Shown: positions 47,820 to 57,906 of the stretch, one piece after another
Position numbering within the stretch: the first letter of the stretch is position 1
Layout: every line of letters starts with the position of its first letter
Source: Candidatus Latescibacterota bacterium
GTDB taxonomy: Bacteria; Latescibacterota; UBA2968; UBA8231
Direction of reading: 5' to 3'
Length of the DNA: 64,000 nt
Assembly (NCBI GenBank): GCA_965248355.1
Contig: OZ252098.1
Span: 1,344,001-1,408,000 of the forward strand
Position numbers and translations under genes: made by a program
Notes under the pieces: model-generated
Told to the model about the DNA's origin: nothing
What the model saw: only the letters and a program-made list of their open reading frames with translations
The model's database searches: none

Positions 47820-48848
47820 ATGTCCAGAGTGAGACTCGCCCTCGTGGGCTGCGGGGGCATGTCCCGGGCGCACCTGCGCCGGTTCCACGTGCTCTCCGAC
47901 CGCCTGGAGCTGGCCGCCGCCGTCGACGTCGATGCCGGCAAGGCCGCCGCCGTGGCCGAGCTGATGCCCGGGGTGCGCGCGGCCTCCGACTACCGCGAGG
48001 TCCTCGACGACGTCGATGCCGTCCTCCTCGTGCTCCCCCACCACGAGCACCACCCGGTGGGGCTCGCGTGCCTGCAGGCCGGCAAGCACGTCCTGCTGGA
48101 GAAGCCCATGGCCATCACCGAGGCCGCCTGCCTGGAGCTGATCGACGCCGGCCGCGCCGCCGGGCGGGTGCTGATGATCGCCTACTGCATGCGCTTTCAC
48201 CCCCTCGTGTCGGGCATGAAGCAGCTCATCGACGACGGCGCCGCGGGCGACATCTTCCAGGTCTCGATCTGGACCGAGCAGCTCACCCGCTACCACGAGG
48301 GGCACTGGGCCCTGAAGGCGGCCACCCTCGGCGGCGGCCAGTTCTTCAGCCACGGCTGCCACTACGTCGACATCCTGCTGTGGTACCTGGGGCGGCCGGT
48401 GCGCGGCGTGCATCTGGGCACCAACCGCGGCACCCCCTGGATGGAGCGTGAGGGCACCAGCAACGCCGTCTTCGAGTTCGAGGGCGGCCGCCTGGGCTAC
48501 CACTTCGGCACCTGGGGCGCCCGCGGCACGCGCTTGGGCTACGCCTTCCACGCCCACGGCACCGAAGGCATGATCGAGGCCGACATCCGGGGCGGCGAGC
48601 TGCGACTGCTCAGAGACGGGCAGACGGAGGTCGTGGGCCGCCACGAGACGGGCAAGCACACGGAGAACGAGATGGCCCATTTCCTCGACTGCATCGAGAG
48701 CGGCCGGGAGCCGCTCACCGGGGGGCCGGCGAGCCTGCAGAGCCTGCGGGCGATCTGGCGCATGTACGAGGCCGAGGCCGCCGGCGGCATGGCCGACCTG
48801 AGGGGCCTGGGCCTGGACCAGGTCGACGAGCGCGGGAGGCTGAGGTGA
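47820..48848 (+). CDS. Gfo/Idh/MocA oxidoreductase
   Basis: VGCGGM, GKHVLLEKP, GGG...GCHYVD. Confidence 0.92.
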   Translation: MSRVRLALVGCGGMSRAHLRRFHVLSDRLELAAAVDVDAGKAAAVAELMPGVRAASDYREVLDDVDAVLLVLPHHEHHPVGLACLQAGKHVLLEKPMAITEAACLELIDAGRAAGRVLMIAYCMRFHPLVSGMKQLIDDGAAGDIFQVSIWTEQLTRYHEGHWALKAATLGGGQFFSHGCHYVDILLWYLGRPVRGVHLGTNRGTPWMEREGTSNAVFEFEGGRLGYHFGTWGARGTRLGYAFHAHGTEGMIEADIRGGELRLLRDGQTEVVGRHETGKHTENEMAHFLDCIESGREPLTGGPASLQSLRAIWRMYEAEAAGGMADLRGLGLDQVDERGRLR

Positions 48849-50119
48849 GAGTCGGGGTCTCCCGCCTCGACATCACCCCCCGGGAGCCGGTGTGGCTCAC
48901 CGGGTACGCGAACCGCGATCACCGCTCGGAGGGCTCCTACGCGCCGCTCTTCGCCGGCGCCCTCTACCTGGAGGGGGACGGGGACCGCGCCCTGGTGCTG
49001 ACCGCCGACGTCATCGGCTTCTCGCCGCCCTGCGACGCCGAGGCCCGGCAGGCGGTCTGCGACGCCACCGGCCTGCTGCCGCGGCAGGTGGTGCTCACCG
49101 CCACCCACACCCACTGCGGGCCCTTCTTCTCGCCCTGGAACATGCCCGGCGAGGTCGAGGCCGGGTACGCGGACTGGCTGATCGAGCGCCTCCAGGAGGC
49201 CGCGGTCACCGCCATCGGCGCCGCCGTCGAGGGGCGGGTCGAGTTCTCCCGGGGGCGCTCGGCCTTCGGCGTGAACCGGCGCCTTCCCGATGGCCGCGGC
49301 GGCGTCAGCTTCGCGCCGAATCCCGAGGGACCGATCGACCGCGACCTGGACACCCTGTGGTTCCGCAACGCCGGGGGCGAGCTGCTCGCATCGCTCACCG
49401 TGTACGGGTGCCACCCCACCAGCATCGGCGGCTACCTCGTGGGCCCGGACTATCCCGGCTTCCTCTGCCGCCACCTGGGGGCCCGCACCGAGGCCCCAGC
49501 CCTCTTCGCAACGGGATGCGCCGGCGACGTGCGGCCCTGGTTCGGCCGCGGCGACCACGACGGCTTCGCGCGTCCCACGCTGAAGGAGCTGGAGGCGGCC
49601 GGGGCGGGCATGGCGGCGGAGGTCCTGGAGACACTCGCCGCGGCCGAGGCTGTCGCCGCCGACGGCCTGCGCATCGATCACATGTACCACCGGCTTCCCT
49701 ACGCAGGGCTCCCCTCGATCGGGCGCCTCCAGGAGGCGGCGGACAGCCGCGACGACCACTGGCGCCGATGGGGCGAGATGATGCTGCCGCGCGCGAGGGC
49801 CGGCGGGCTCGCCGACGCCTGCGTCCACGAGATCCAGATGCTGCAGCTGAACCCGGACTTCCGGGTCGTCTTCCTCGGCGGCGAGGTGCTCTCCGAGATC
49901 GGCCTGCACATCAAGAAGGCCCTCGCCCCCGCCACGACAATGACGGTGGCCTACGCCAACGGCCTGATCGCCTACGTGCCCGGCGCCGCCGCCGTCCCCC
50001 TCGGGGGCTACGAGGTGGACGGATCGTTCCACTACTTCATGAGGCCCGCCCCCTTCACCGCCGACTGCGAGAGGCTCCTCGTCGAGGGGACCGCCTCCCT
50101 GGCCGCCAGCCTGGGTTGA
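48845..50119 (+). CDS. Neutral/alkaline ceramidase-like hydrolase
   Basis: DITP...LTGY..R, ATHTHCGP, NRR, GCHPT, GCAGD. Confidence 0.75.
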   Translation: MRVGVSRLDITPREPVWLTGYANRDHRSEGSYAPLFAGALYLEGDGDRALVLTADVIGFSPPCDAEARQAVCDATGLLPRQVVLTATHTHCGPFFSPWNMPGEVEAGYADWLIERLQEAAVTAIGAAVEGRVEFSRGRSAFGVNRRLPDGRGGVSFAPNPEGPIDRDLDTLWFRNAGGELLASLTVYGCHPTSIGGYLVGPDYPGFLCRHLGARTEAPALFATGCAGDVRPWFGRGDHDGFARPTLKELEAAGAGMAAEVLETLAAAEAVAADGLRIDHMYHRLPYAGLPSIGRLQEAADSRDDHWRRWGEMMLPRARAGGLADACVHEIQMLQLNPDFRVVFLGGEVLSEIGLHIKKALAPATTMTVAYANGLIAYVPGAAAVPLGGYEVDGSFHYFMRPAPFTADCERLLVEGTASLAASLG

Positions 50120-50122
50120 GAG

Positions 50123-51031
50123 ATGCCATACGATCCGGAGAACCGCACCTTCGACTGCGACCCCACCCTGAACGACTCCCAGGTCCTCGAGTTCTGCCGC
50201 GAGGGCTACCTGATGCTCCCCGGCGCCGTCCCCGACGAGATCAACGAGCGCGCCTGCCGCTACCTGAACGGGGAGATCCCCGTCGATCCGTCGTGGATGC
50301 CGGAGGGCCTGACCATCGAGGAGCTCGAGCGCATGCGCGGCACCCACGAGCCGAGCGGGATCCTGCTCGAGGACTGGTTCGTCGAGCACGTGCTGCTGAA
50401 CCCCGCCCTGGCCGGGGCCATGCGCTCCCTCCTCGGCGCCCACGTCGGCCTGCCGGTCCTCGTCAGCAACCACAGGGTCGAGTGTCCCGGCGAGGCTCAA
50501 CGCTGGCACCACGACGCCGACCGGGTCTTCGGCCCCGAGCTGGAGTTCGCCGAGGTCTTCTACTTCCCCCAGGACACGCCGCCCGAGCTGGGGCCCACCG
50601 AGATCGCCCCGCGCACCCACATCTCCCGCAGCGACGGCGACTTCACCGGCGAGGGCGTCCTCGCCGGGGGGCCCGCCGGCACCCTGGGCATCCACCACCA
50701 GAGCATCCTGCACCGCCGCGGCGCCTCCACAGCCACGGGGCTGCGCCACATGCTCAAGTACAACTACTGGCGCACCTCGCCCCCCTGCCGCGACTGGATC
50801 GACGACCCGGAGTTCGACCCGCGCACCGCCACGTACGGCGGCCACGCCCACTGCCAGTACGTGGCCCACATGTTCTGGTGGCTCCAAGGCAAGGGGGACG
50901 AGTACCGCATCATCGGGGGCCAGGGCTGGCCCTTCCGCACCCCGAACCAGATCGGCCCGTCCTACGGGTACGGACGGCCCGAGGGATACCAGCCCGACTG
51001 GCGCCGGAACCCGGACGGGTACTCGCGCTGA
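50123..51031 (+). CDS. PhyH family dioxygenase
   Basis: WHHD, YFPQD, GPT...P.TH, ILHR. Confidence 0.8.
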   Translation: MPYDPENRTFDCDPTLNDSQVLEFCREGYLMLPGAVPDEINERACRYLNGEIPVDPSWMPEGLTIEELERMRGTHEPSGILLEDWFVEHVLLNPALAGAMRSLLGAHVGLPVLVSNHRVECPGEAQRWHHDADRVFGPELEFAEVFYFPQDTPPELGPTEIAPRTHISRSDGDFTGEGVLAGGPAGTLGIHHQSILHRRGASTATGLRHMLKYNYWRTSPPCRDWIDDPEFDPRTATYGGHAHCQYVAHMFWWLQGKGDEYRIIGGQGWPFRTPNQIGPSYGYGRPEGYQPDWRRNPDGYSR

Positions 51032-51095
51032 GGCCAGGGTAGCCGGGGGCCCTTTGCGGGCAGCCGAGTCCCCGTGGGTCTCGTCAGCCCGGGGT

Positions 51096-51346
51096 GCCCG
51101 ACCTCCTACCGAATCAGGCCGAGCTTTCCGACCCGGACCTGCTTGCCGGCGACGAGGCGGTAGAGGTACAGCCCCGAAGCGAGGGGCGGCCGGCTTCGTC
51201 GGTGCCGGACCAGACGCGGGTGTGAAGCCGGGCGTCAGGATCTCGCCGCGACCAGTTCGGTGACCCGCTGACCCGCGGTGTTGTGAATGGCCAGAGTCAC
51301 CGGCGCGGCCTCCGGCAACTGGAAGCGCAAGGTGGTTTCGGAGTTT
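51096..51346 (-). pseudogene. Frameshifted FlgD/T9SS-like C-terminal domain remnant
   Basis: NSETTLRFQLPEAAPVTLAIHNTAGQRV ... WSGTDEAGRP/LASGLYLYRLVAG..*. Confidence 0.6.
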
Positions 51347-51506
51347 CTTCGCTACCCTCGAAACCGACTTGCCGGACCGTCATGAGCTACTATCGAAAGG
51401 TGTGGAAAAAGAGAAAAGGCGACCCTACCCTTCCTAATTAGCAGCACACCACGAACGGCCCGGGTGACGCCGGGCCTGGAAGGAGAGAGTCGCCGTGAAG
51501 GAATCT

Positions 51507-52871
51507 GGCTCATCCGGGATTACTGTGGGTAGCCCCAACATGTTGTGGTCGCGGGTAGAGGTCGAGTCCGCCGCAATGGAAGTAGATGGCGGTCTGGAAG
51601 TTCGTGCGGTTGCGATAGCCTCGGGCCAGGCGCTTGACCTTCTCCACCTGGGCGTTCACCGCCTCGTTGAGGGCGTTGGTGATCCGGTGTCGCAGGTAGG
51701 TCAGGATGTTGTCCAGGCGCCGCTTCAGCGTGCGGGCCACGGCGATCACCGGCGGCAGACGGCTATGGGTGGCCCAGAAGTACCAGCGTCGGAAGAAGCG
51801 ACGGGCCCACCCTTCCCGGCGGTAGGTCCACAGCTGGCGCAGATTCTCCTTCAGGGCCCAAGCGCGGCTGACCTGCAGGTCCATGGACCGCAACTCCTCG
51901 AACCGGGGCAGCAGGGCCTCGGGGATCCGGTCGGGGTGGTAGAGCCACAGATACTTGGTCCCCGTGAGGCACCTCGTCGTGCTGGGCCCGCAGCTTCTTG
52001 TGTTCTTGGCGGCGCACCCGGTCGACGGCCTCATTCATCAGTCGCAGGACGTGGAACTTGTCGAACACGATCTTGTCCTGGGCGTCGGGCACCCAGGCTT
52101 TCACGGCCGCGATGTAGGGGTCGTGCATGTCCAGGCAGATGGCCTCGATCCGCTCCAACTCCTCTTCGTCGAAGGGGAGGAAATACGCCTCCAGACTCTC
52201 CCGGCCCCGACCGTCGGCCACGTGTTCCACGCTCTGGGTCTGCAGGTCGCAGACCAGGGTCATGTACCGGTGGCGCTTGGCGAAGGCCTTCTCGTCGACG
52301 CCGAGATGGACCGGCACCTTCCACACCTTACGGCGCTGACCCCGGTCCACGGCGCGGCCCATGACCCCCCCACAGCGATCCCAACTGAGCCCGGTGAGGC
52401 GGCTCACCGCCTCGAGGCTGCACTCCTTGGCCAAGTCGATGACGTGGGCCTCCAGGGCCCGGGTCAGACCCGAGCCGGGCTCGGCCCACTCGGAGGCGAT
52501 GGAGAGCACGCCGTGGACCCGGCACTGGACCCGGGGCAGGCGGGTATGGACGTAGGTCGGCAGATCGCAGGTGTCCAGATGGCGCCATTCCCGCTCGGGG
52601 GCATGGTCGTAAACGGGACACCAAGCGTCACAGCGCGGGCAGCGCATTTTGACCCCGCGCTCATGGTCCACGTAGACATCGACCCGCTCCTGGTCCTGGA
52701 ACCGCACCTCGAGCACGATCCAGGGGCGCTCGATGCGAAGCAGACGGGCATAGAACTGCTTGAGGTCGTCCATGGGCGGCCCTCCCCGATGGCGGTGGCA
52801 AGGGACTGCGAGGCTCGATCCCTATGATACCACAACATCTTGGGGGTCCCCACTCTCAACCCGGATGAGCC
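51507..52871 (-). mobile_element. ISL3-family element
   Basis: IRs start GGCTCATCCGGG; 8-bp TSD AGGAATCT (51499-506 and 52872-79). Confidence 0.92.
51510..52773 (-). pseudogene. ISL3 transposase with a single +1 frameshift near 51970
   Basis: CPRC..WRHLD, LGVDE, CLDM, DKFH; then TKYLWL...TNALNEAVN..RGYRN. Confidence 0.88.
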
Positions 52872-53291
52872 AGGAATCTACGCTGGCGTTCCCCCCCGCG
52901 TCCATGCCCAGTTGGGAGACCTTGGAAGGCTGGGCTCGCTCTCAGATCCAGGACCTGCTGCAGCGAGTGTTGGAGGAGGAGGTGACCGAAGTGCTGGGGC
53001 GCACGCGGTATGCGCGCCGATCGGCGGTGGACGGCCCTCCGGGCTCGCGCAACGGCTATGGCAAGCCGCGGCGGCTGTCCCTGATGTCGGGCACCATCGA
53101 GGTAAGACGGCCGCGGGTCCGGGGGCTGGAAGAGCGCTTTGAGAGCCGCATCCTGCCGCTGTTCCAGCGACGCACCCGCGAGGTGACCCAGCTGTTGCCC
53201 GAGCTCTACCTGCACGGGCTGTCGCAGGGCGACTGGAGTTGCCCCCGTTTGGTGGACATCCCCGATATTTGGGCAAAAGGAGGATGTCCTC

Positions 53292-53606
53292 ATGCCACAG
53301 TCTCACCGTCCGTATCCGCCTGAGTTCCGCCAGCAGATGGTCGAGCTGGTGAGAGCCGGGCGGACCCCCGAGCAGTTGAGCCAGGAGTTCGAGCCCTCGT
53401 CCCAGGCGATTCGCAACTGGGTGCGCCAGGCGGATCGCGACGAGGGGCGGGGAGCCGAGGGAGTCACCCGCGCCGAGCGGGACGAGTTGCGGCGCCTGCG
53501 CCGGGAGAACAAGCGCCTGCGCACGGAGCGGGAGATTCTGTCAAAAGCCGCCACCTGGTTCGCTCGGGAGGCCGATTCGAGGTCGTCGAGGTCTTCGGAT
53601 TCGTGA
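53292..53606 (+). CDS. IS3 OrfA
   Basis: YPPEFRQQMVELV, IRNWVRQ, ELRRLRRENKRLRTEREIL.KA. Confidence 0.9.
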   Translation: MPQSHRPYPPEFRQQMVELVRAGRTPEQLSQEFEPSSQAIRNWVRQADRDEGRGAEGVTRAERDELRRLRRENKRLRTEREILSKAATWFAREADSRSSRSSDS

Positions 53607-55282
53607 GCGCTCACCAGGATCAGTATCCCATCGCCACCATGTGCCGCGTCCTGGGCGTCTCCCCCAGCGGGTACTATGCGTGGCGCCGCCGGCAGCCGTC
53701 GGCGCGCTCCTTGTCCGATGCGCAGTTGACGCCCTTGATCGACCAGGTCCACACGTGGTCGCGAGGCACCTACGGGGTGCCGCGCATGGTCCGGGAGTTG
53801 AGAGCTCGCGGACAGCCCGTCAACCCCAAGCGCGTGGCTCGCCTGATGCGGGAGGCCGGCTTGCAGGGCGTCAGCCGCCGCAAGTCGACGTGTACCACGC
53901 GGCGCGACGCGGACGCTCCGGCGGCGCCCGACCTGGTCGACCGCGACTTCGCGGCGGCCGGTCCGGACGCGTTGTGGGTGGCGGACATCGAGCGCCACGA
54001 GGCGCTGTGGCACCGTGCGGTGGTGAAAGGCCACCGCCTTCAGTCCGTCGCAGCGGGCTGACGTAGCTGAGGGCAGCCGGATCCCAGGGGACGCGGGAGA
54101 AGGCGACAAGCCGCCCTGACAAAGCCGGGACGGACCAGCACCGTCAGATGGGCCGGGTCCGGCGAGCGAGACAGGAAGGTGTACGCAAGGAACCAGTGTC
54201 AAACGCCCCTCAGGAGACCCACCAGCTCGAACCTGACGGATCCGGGCTGGGTTGCGGTGCGCACTGGCACCGGAGTGGTGCCGGAAACTCCCGCGTCGGT
54301 CGATGTCGCCGGCAGGGAGGCCACGGGGAAGGACTGCGGCGTAACCGTGGCGATACCGCAGGGGCATAGTTGGGCACCTCCCCTGTCGAACGGTGGAACA
54401 GGGAACGTGGGAACCCTCCCAGCGGCCCCACCCCGGTCCGCTTCGGGCGGACCGGCGGGAAGGCTCGTCGCCAGCTGATGCCGAGGGGAGGGGGCGGAGG
54501 GGCCGTAGTAGTCCGAGGCCGGGAAAGCCGGTCACATGGCGAAGGACCCCAGCGTGTTCGCAGCCACGATACATCCCATGGAGGCCGCTGATGAACATCG
54601 GCGCACCGTGGCCCGACCTCGAAGAGGCCGAGCCCCGGGTACGAGGAATGCAATCGAAGCTGCACCAGTGGGCGGTGGCCACTGAGCCGCCACCCATCGG
54701 CATGAACACGGGGAGAGCCGGATGCGGCGAGAGTCGCACGTCCGGTTCGGAGGGCGGACCGCAGAAACCCACTCGTTGCGAAACGAACAGGGCGCTGCGG
54801 TCCGACCCTACACCTACGTGCCGACGTGGTCTGGATTCCTGTATCTGGCCGTGGTCCTGGACGCCTGGAGCCGGCGCGTGGTGGGGTGGGCCATGGCCGG
54901 TCATCTGCGGACGGAGTTGGTCGTGCAGGCCTTGGACATGGCCCTCGGGCAACGACGTCGTCCGGAGGGGGTGATTCATCACTCGGATCAGGGATGCCAG
55001 TATTCGTCGCTGGCCTTCGGGCGCCGTTGCCGGGAGGCCGGGGTGCGGCCGTCGAGGGGCTCGGTGGGCGACTGCTACGACAACGCCCTGTGTGAGAGCT
55101 TCTTCGCCACCCTCGAGTGTGAGCTGCTCGACCGTCGCTGCTTCCCGACGCATGAGGTCGCCCGCCGCGAGATTTTTGACTACATCGAGTCTTGGTACAA
55201 CCGGCATCGCCGTCACTCGGCCCTCAACTACGAATCGCCGATGAACTTCGAACGCGCCCATGTCCAGCCGCAGGTTGCCTGA
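53603..55282 (+). CDS. IS3 OrfB transposase in two exons (53603-53989 and 54812-55282), 285 aa when joined
   Basis: Joining gives WVADI|TYVPTWSGFLYLAVVLD, HSDQG, DNALCESFF in one frame without stops. Confidence 0.88.
53990..54811 (+). ncRNA. Group II intron (IIB-like), RT ORF deleted
   Basis: 5' GAGCG; domain V GAGCCGGATGCGGCGAGAGTCGCACGTCCGGTTC (54715-48); domain VI hairpin ending CCGACCCTAC; EBS1 GATGTC (54302-07) complementary to the exon end GACATC; RT N-terminal stub from ATG 54591. Confidence 0.9.
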
Positions 55283-56574
55283 TGCGGGATCTGTTCGCCA
55301 TGAAGCGGATCTTCCCGGGCCCTCCCGGGACCAGCCGGTGCTCTCCCGACCACCCGGTCTCTCGCACCGGGCCGGGGCGCCACACCGGTACCCCGAGCTC
55401 CACCCGGGCTCCGGGGCCGGGGTACTCCCACTCTACAACTTCCACATTCGGCAAAACCTGCCGAAAGCACTTAACTGTCCACCGTACGGGGGTAGCTCCA
55501 GACTTCGAGTTGGCCTTGCGGGGTCTGCTGGGGGGCGCCCCTGTCGGCCTCGTCCATCGCCCGTCTGCGGGCCACGTGGGAAGAGCAGTTCGAGACCTGG
55601 CAGCAGCGGCGGCTGGACGACCGGGAGTTGGTCTACGCTTGGGCCGACGGTATCTACGTGAAGGCCGGCCTGGAGAAGGACAAGGCGGCGTTGCTGGTCG
55701 TCATCGGAGCCCTGAGCGACGGCCGCAAGGAGATCCTGGCGATCCGTGCTGCGCGATCTTCGGGACCGCGGGCTGCCGGCGCCGCGGTTGGTGCTGGCCG
55801 ATGGCGGCCTGCCGATCTGGAGCGCCGTCGACCAGGTCTGGCCCGAGGCCGCGCAGCAGCGCTGCTGGAATCACAAGATCCTCAACGTGCTCAACGACCT
55901 GCCCAAGCGCGTGCAAGGCGCCGCCCGGGCGCTGCTGACGCAGATCCCCACGGCCAAGACCCGTCTGCAAGCCCAGAGACGACGCGACCGCTTCGTGGCC
56001 CGCTACGGCGAGGCCTATCCGGCCGCGTCGGCCACCCTCGAGCGCGACTGGGAGCGCATGGTCACGTTTTGCGACTTCCCGGAGGCGCACTGGAGGCACC
56101 TGCGCACCACCAATCCGGTGGAGAGCCCCTTTGCCTCGGTCCGTTTGCGGACCAACGCGGGCAAACGCTACAAGCGGGTACAGGGAGCCACCGCCCTCAT
56201 CTGACGCGTGCTGAGGGTGGCCGAGACACGATTCCGCAAGCTCAACGCGCCGGAGCTCCTGCCGGCGGTCTACGCCGGACGGAGATGCCAGGACGGCCAA
56301 CCCGTCCAAGGGTTGTCCTCCACCGAGGAAGGAATCAAGAGGGCCGCCTGATCTCGTTTACACACCTTTTGACAGGACCTCCCGTCAGCGATTTGCCTGA
56401 CGCCGCTGCAGGCCTTCAAGAAGGGGGTCCCAACCAAGCCCCGAGCCAAGGAGGCTGCCATGCAGAAAATCGCCGCCTAACCCTCATCCCCGAGCAGGGG
56501 CGAGTGTCAGGTCATTACCGTCACTGTAAACCCCGAGCCCAGGTCATTACCATCACTGCACACCAGTTCGTTAA

Positions 56575-56724
56575 CCCTCTGGCGCTCGCGCAGGGCCTCC
56601 AGAGCCACCTTGGCTCCTTGACCTGTGCCGAATGCGTCTTCTTCCTCGCCATCCAGGCCCCTCCGGACAGTGGTTCGGTGCACGCAAAGTCTCGCTTAAC
56701 CACCTGTCCAGGACTTGGGGTGCA
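56575..56724 (-). mobile_element. Left-end remnant of an IS3 closely related to 13516-14863
   Basis: Near-identical to about 14716-14858 (GCCCCTCCGGACAGTGG...CGCAAAGTCTCGCTTA.CCACCTGTCCAGGA.TTGGGGT). Confidence 0.8.
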
Positions 56725-57906
56725 TCACTGCCGCCGAGTTCTACCTGCGTTCTCACACAAAGACCGCAGTTCCTTAACTCGATCCAGCATGTCCAGATCC
56801 CTGTAGGCATTCATCGCACCGTGCCATTGGGAAATGGCCTCTGGCACTCTGCCTATCCGGACGAGAAAGTAACCAAGGCTTGAACGCGAGTGTGCCACTC
56901 CCTCCTGATTCCCCTCTAGTTGGAAAGCCTGCACTGCGGCACGCCACAGCTTCTCCGCCTCTCTCACATCCCCGCTTTCAGTACTTAATGATGCTGCGCG
57001 CGCATACACCACTGCCGGTGCCCTCTCCCCCGCAGCCTCGTAAGAGTGTAATGCTTCAATCACCAGTCGGTCCGCTCTACGGGCCTCCCCTGATCTATCA
57101 CATATCCAGGCTAACCTCACGGCCGCCACTGCAACGTGCAATGGGCGCTGCAGAAGTCGCAAGACCCTGAGTGCTTCCTCGAACCTGCCCCGAGCCGACT
57201 CCCACTCCCCCCGTTCTGCGTGAATGTTGCCAATCTGCAAAGCCGTTAGGCCTTGAACGACCGACGGCTCCGCGTCTCTCAGCAGAGAGATCGCTCTGAG
57301 TAGAGCGCGCTCTGCCTCAGTCTCTCGCGATGACTCTAGGAAAAGCATGGCCAAGTCATGATATCCTCCACCCCTTGCCTCCTTACTCTCCTGTAGGCGG
57401 ATCGCTGCCCTTAGCCGCTTCTCTGCCTCCAGCAGGCGACCCTGCCGTCGATATACATTGCCCAAGTTCTGTTCATCTACGGCCTGTGCGGCTCGATCTC
57501 CAACCCCTCGGTGCCATTCGAGTGCGTATCCATGAAAAAGCTCCGCATCGTCCAAGTTCCCCTCAGAGCTTGCCAGCCATCCTAGGAAGCTGTAGTTGGC
57601 GGCAAGCCGGCCCTTGTCCTCTAGGTTCTTGTTGATCTCATAGGACTCCCAGACAAACTTCTCCGCCTGGATGCGGTTTCCTCGAGCCTCCTCTAGGTAG
57701 GCAAGCTCCAGGCACGCATCCGCAAAAATCCGCATCTCCTTCCCTTCAGAGGCAATCTCTCGGACTCTGCTCGCAAGCTCAGAACACCTTGCTAGGCCCC
57801 CCGCTTGCCTCTCTTGCTCCGCCTCCTTCAACCACTCCCTCAATTGCTGGACAGAACCAGATACGCGCTCCCTCTCAAGCCTTCGTGATTTGATGGATCG
57901 ACTCAC
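56725..57906 (-). CDS. Tetratricopeptide-repeat protein
   Basis: Repeated NLGNVY...G....AE helical units. Confidence 0.8.
   Translation of the reverse strand: MSRSIKSRRLERERVSGSVQQLREWLKEAEQERQAGGLARCSELASRVREIASEGKEMRIFADACLELAYLEEARGNRIQAEKFVWESYEINKNLEDKGRLAANYSFLGWLASSEGNLDDAELFHGYALEWHRGVGDRAAQAVDEQNLGNVYRRQGRLLEAEKRLRAAIRLQESKEARGGGYHDLAMLFLESSRETEAERALLRAISLLRDAEPSVVQGLTALQIGNIHAERGEWESARGRFEEALRVLRLLQRPLHVAVAAVRLAWICDRSGEARRADRLVIEALHSYEAAGERAPAVVYARAASLSTESGDVREAEKLWRAAVQAFQLEGNQEGVAHSRSSLGYFLVRIGRVPEAISQWHGAMNAYRDLDMLDRVKELRSLCENAGRTRRQ

Larger units (their letters stand above)
53234..55500 (+). mobile_element. IS3-family element containing a group II intron
   Basis: IRs TGGAGTTGCCCCCGTTTGGTGGACA and TGGAGCTACCCCCGTACGGTGGACA; 3-bp TSD GAC. 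Confidence 0.92.
51384..56381 (+). mobile_element. Decayed IS256-family element carrying two nested ISs
   Basis: IRs GAGCTACTATCGAAAGGTGTGGAAA and GAGGTCCTGTCAAAAGGTGTGTAAA; flanks CCGTCAT/CCGTCAG; transposase pieces 51495-51506, 52880-53233 and 55504-56351 (RNGY, LYLHGLSQGD|FE, WADGIY, QRCWNH, RTTNPVES). Confidence 0.85.

Noticed and set aside
51960..51980. ISL3 frameshift as programmed recoding
   Set aside because: No slippery run; ISL3 uses a single ORF, so this is a mutation or sequencing error
54393..54974. 193-aa ORF inside the intron as a functional maturase or retron/DGR RT
   Set aside because: Only about 30 residues resemble an RT N-terminus; no RT motifs (no YADD); the rest is read-through of structural RNA
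55283..55470. GC-rich hairpins in the IS3 3' tail as a guide or ncRNA
   Set aside because: No TnpB/IscB gene; structured tails are common in IS3 elements and I have no covariation evidence
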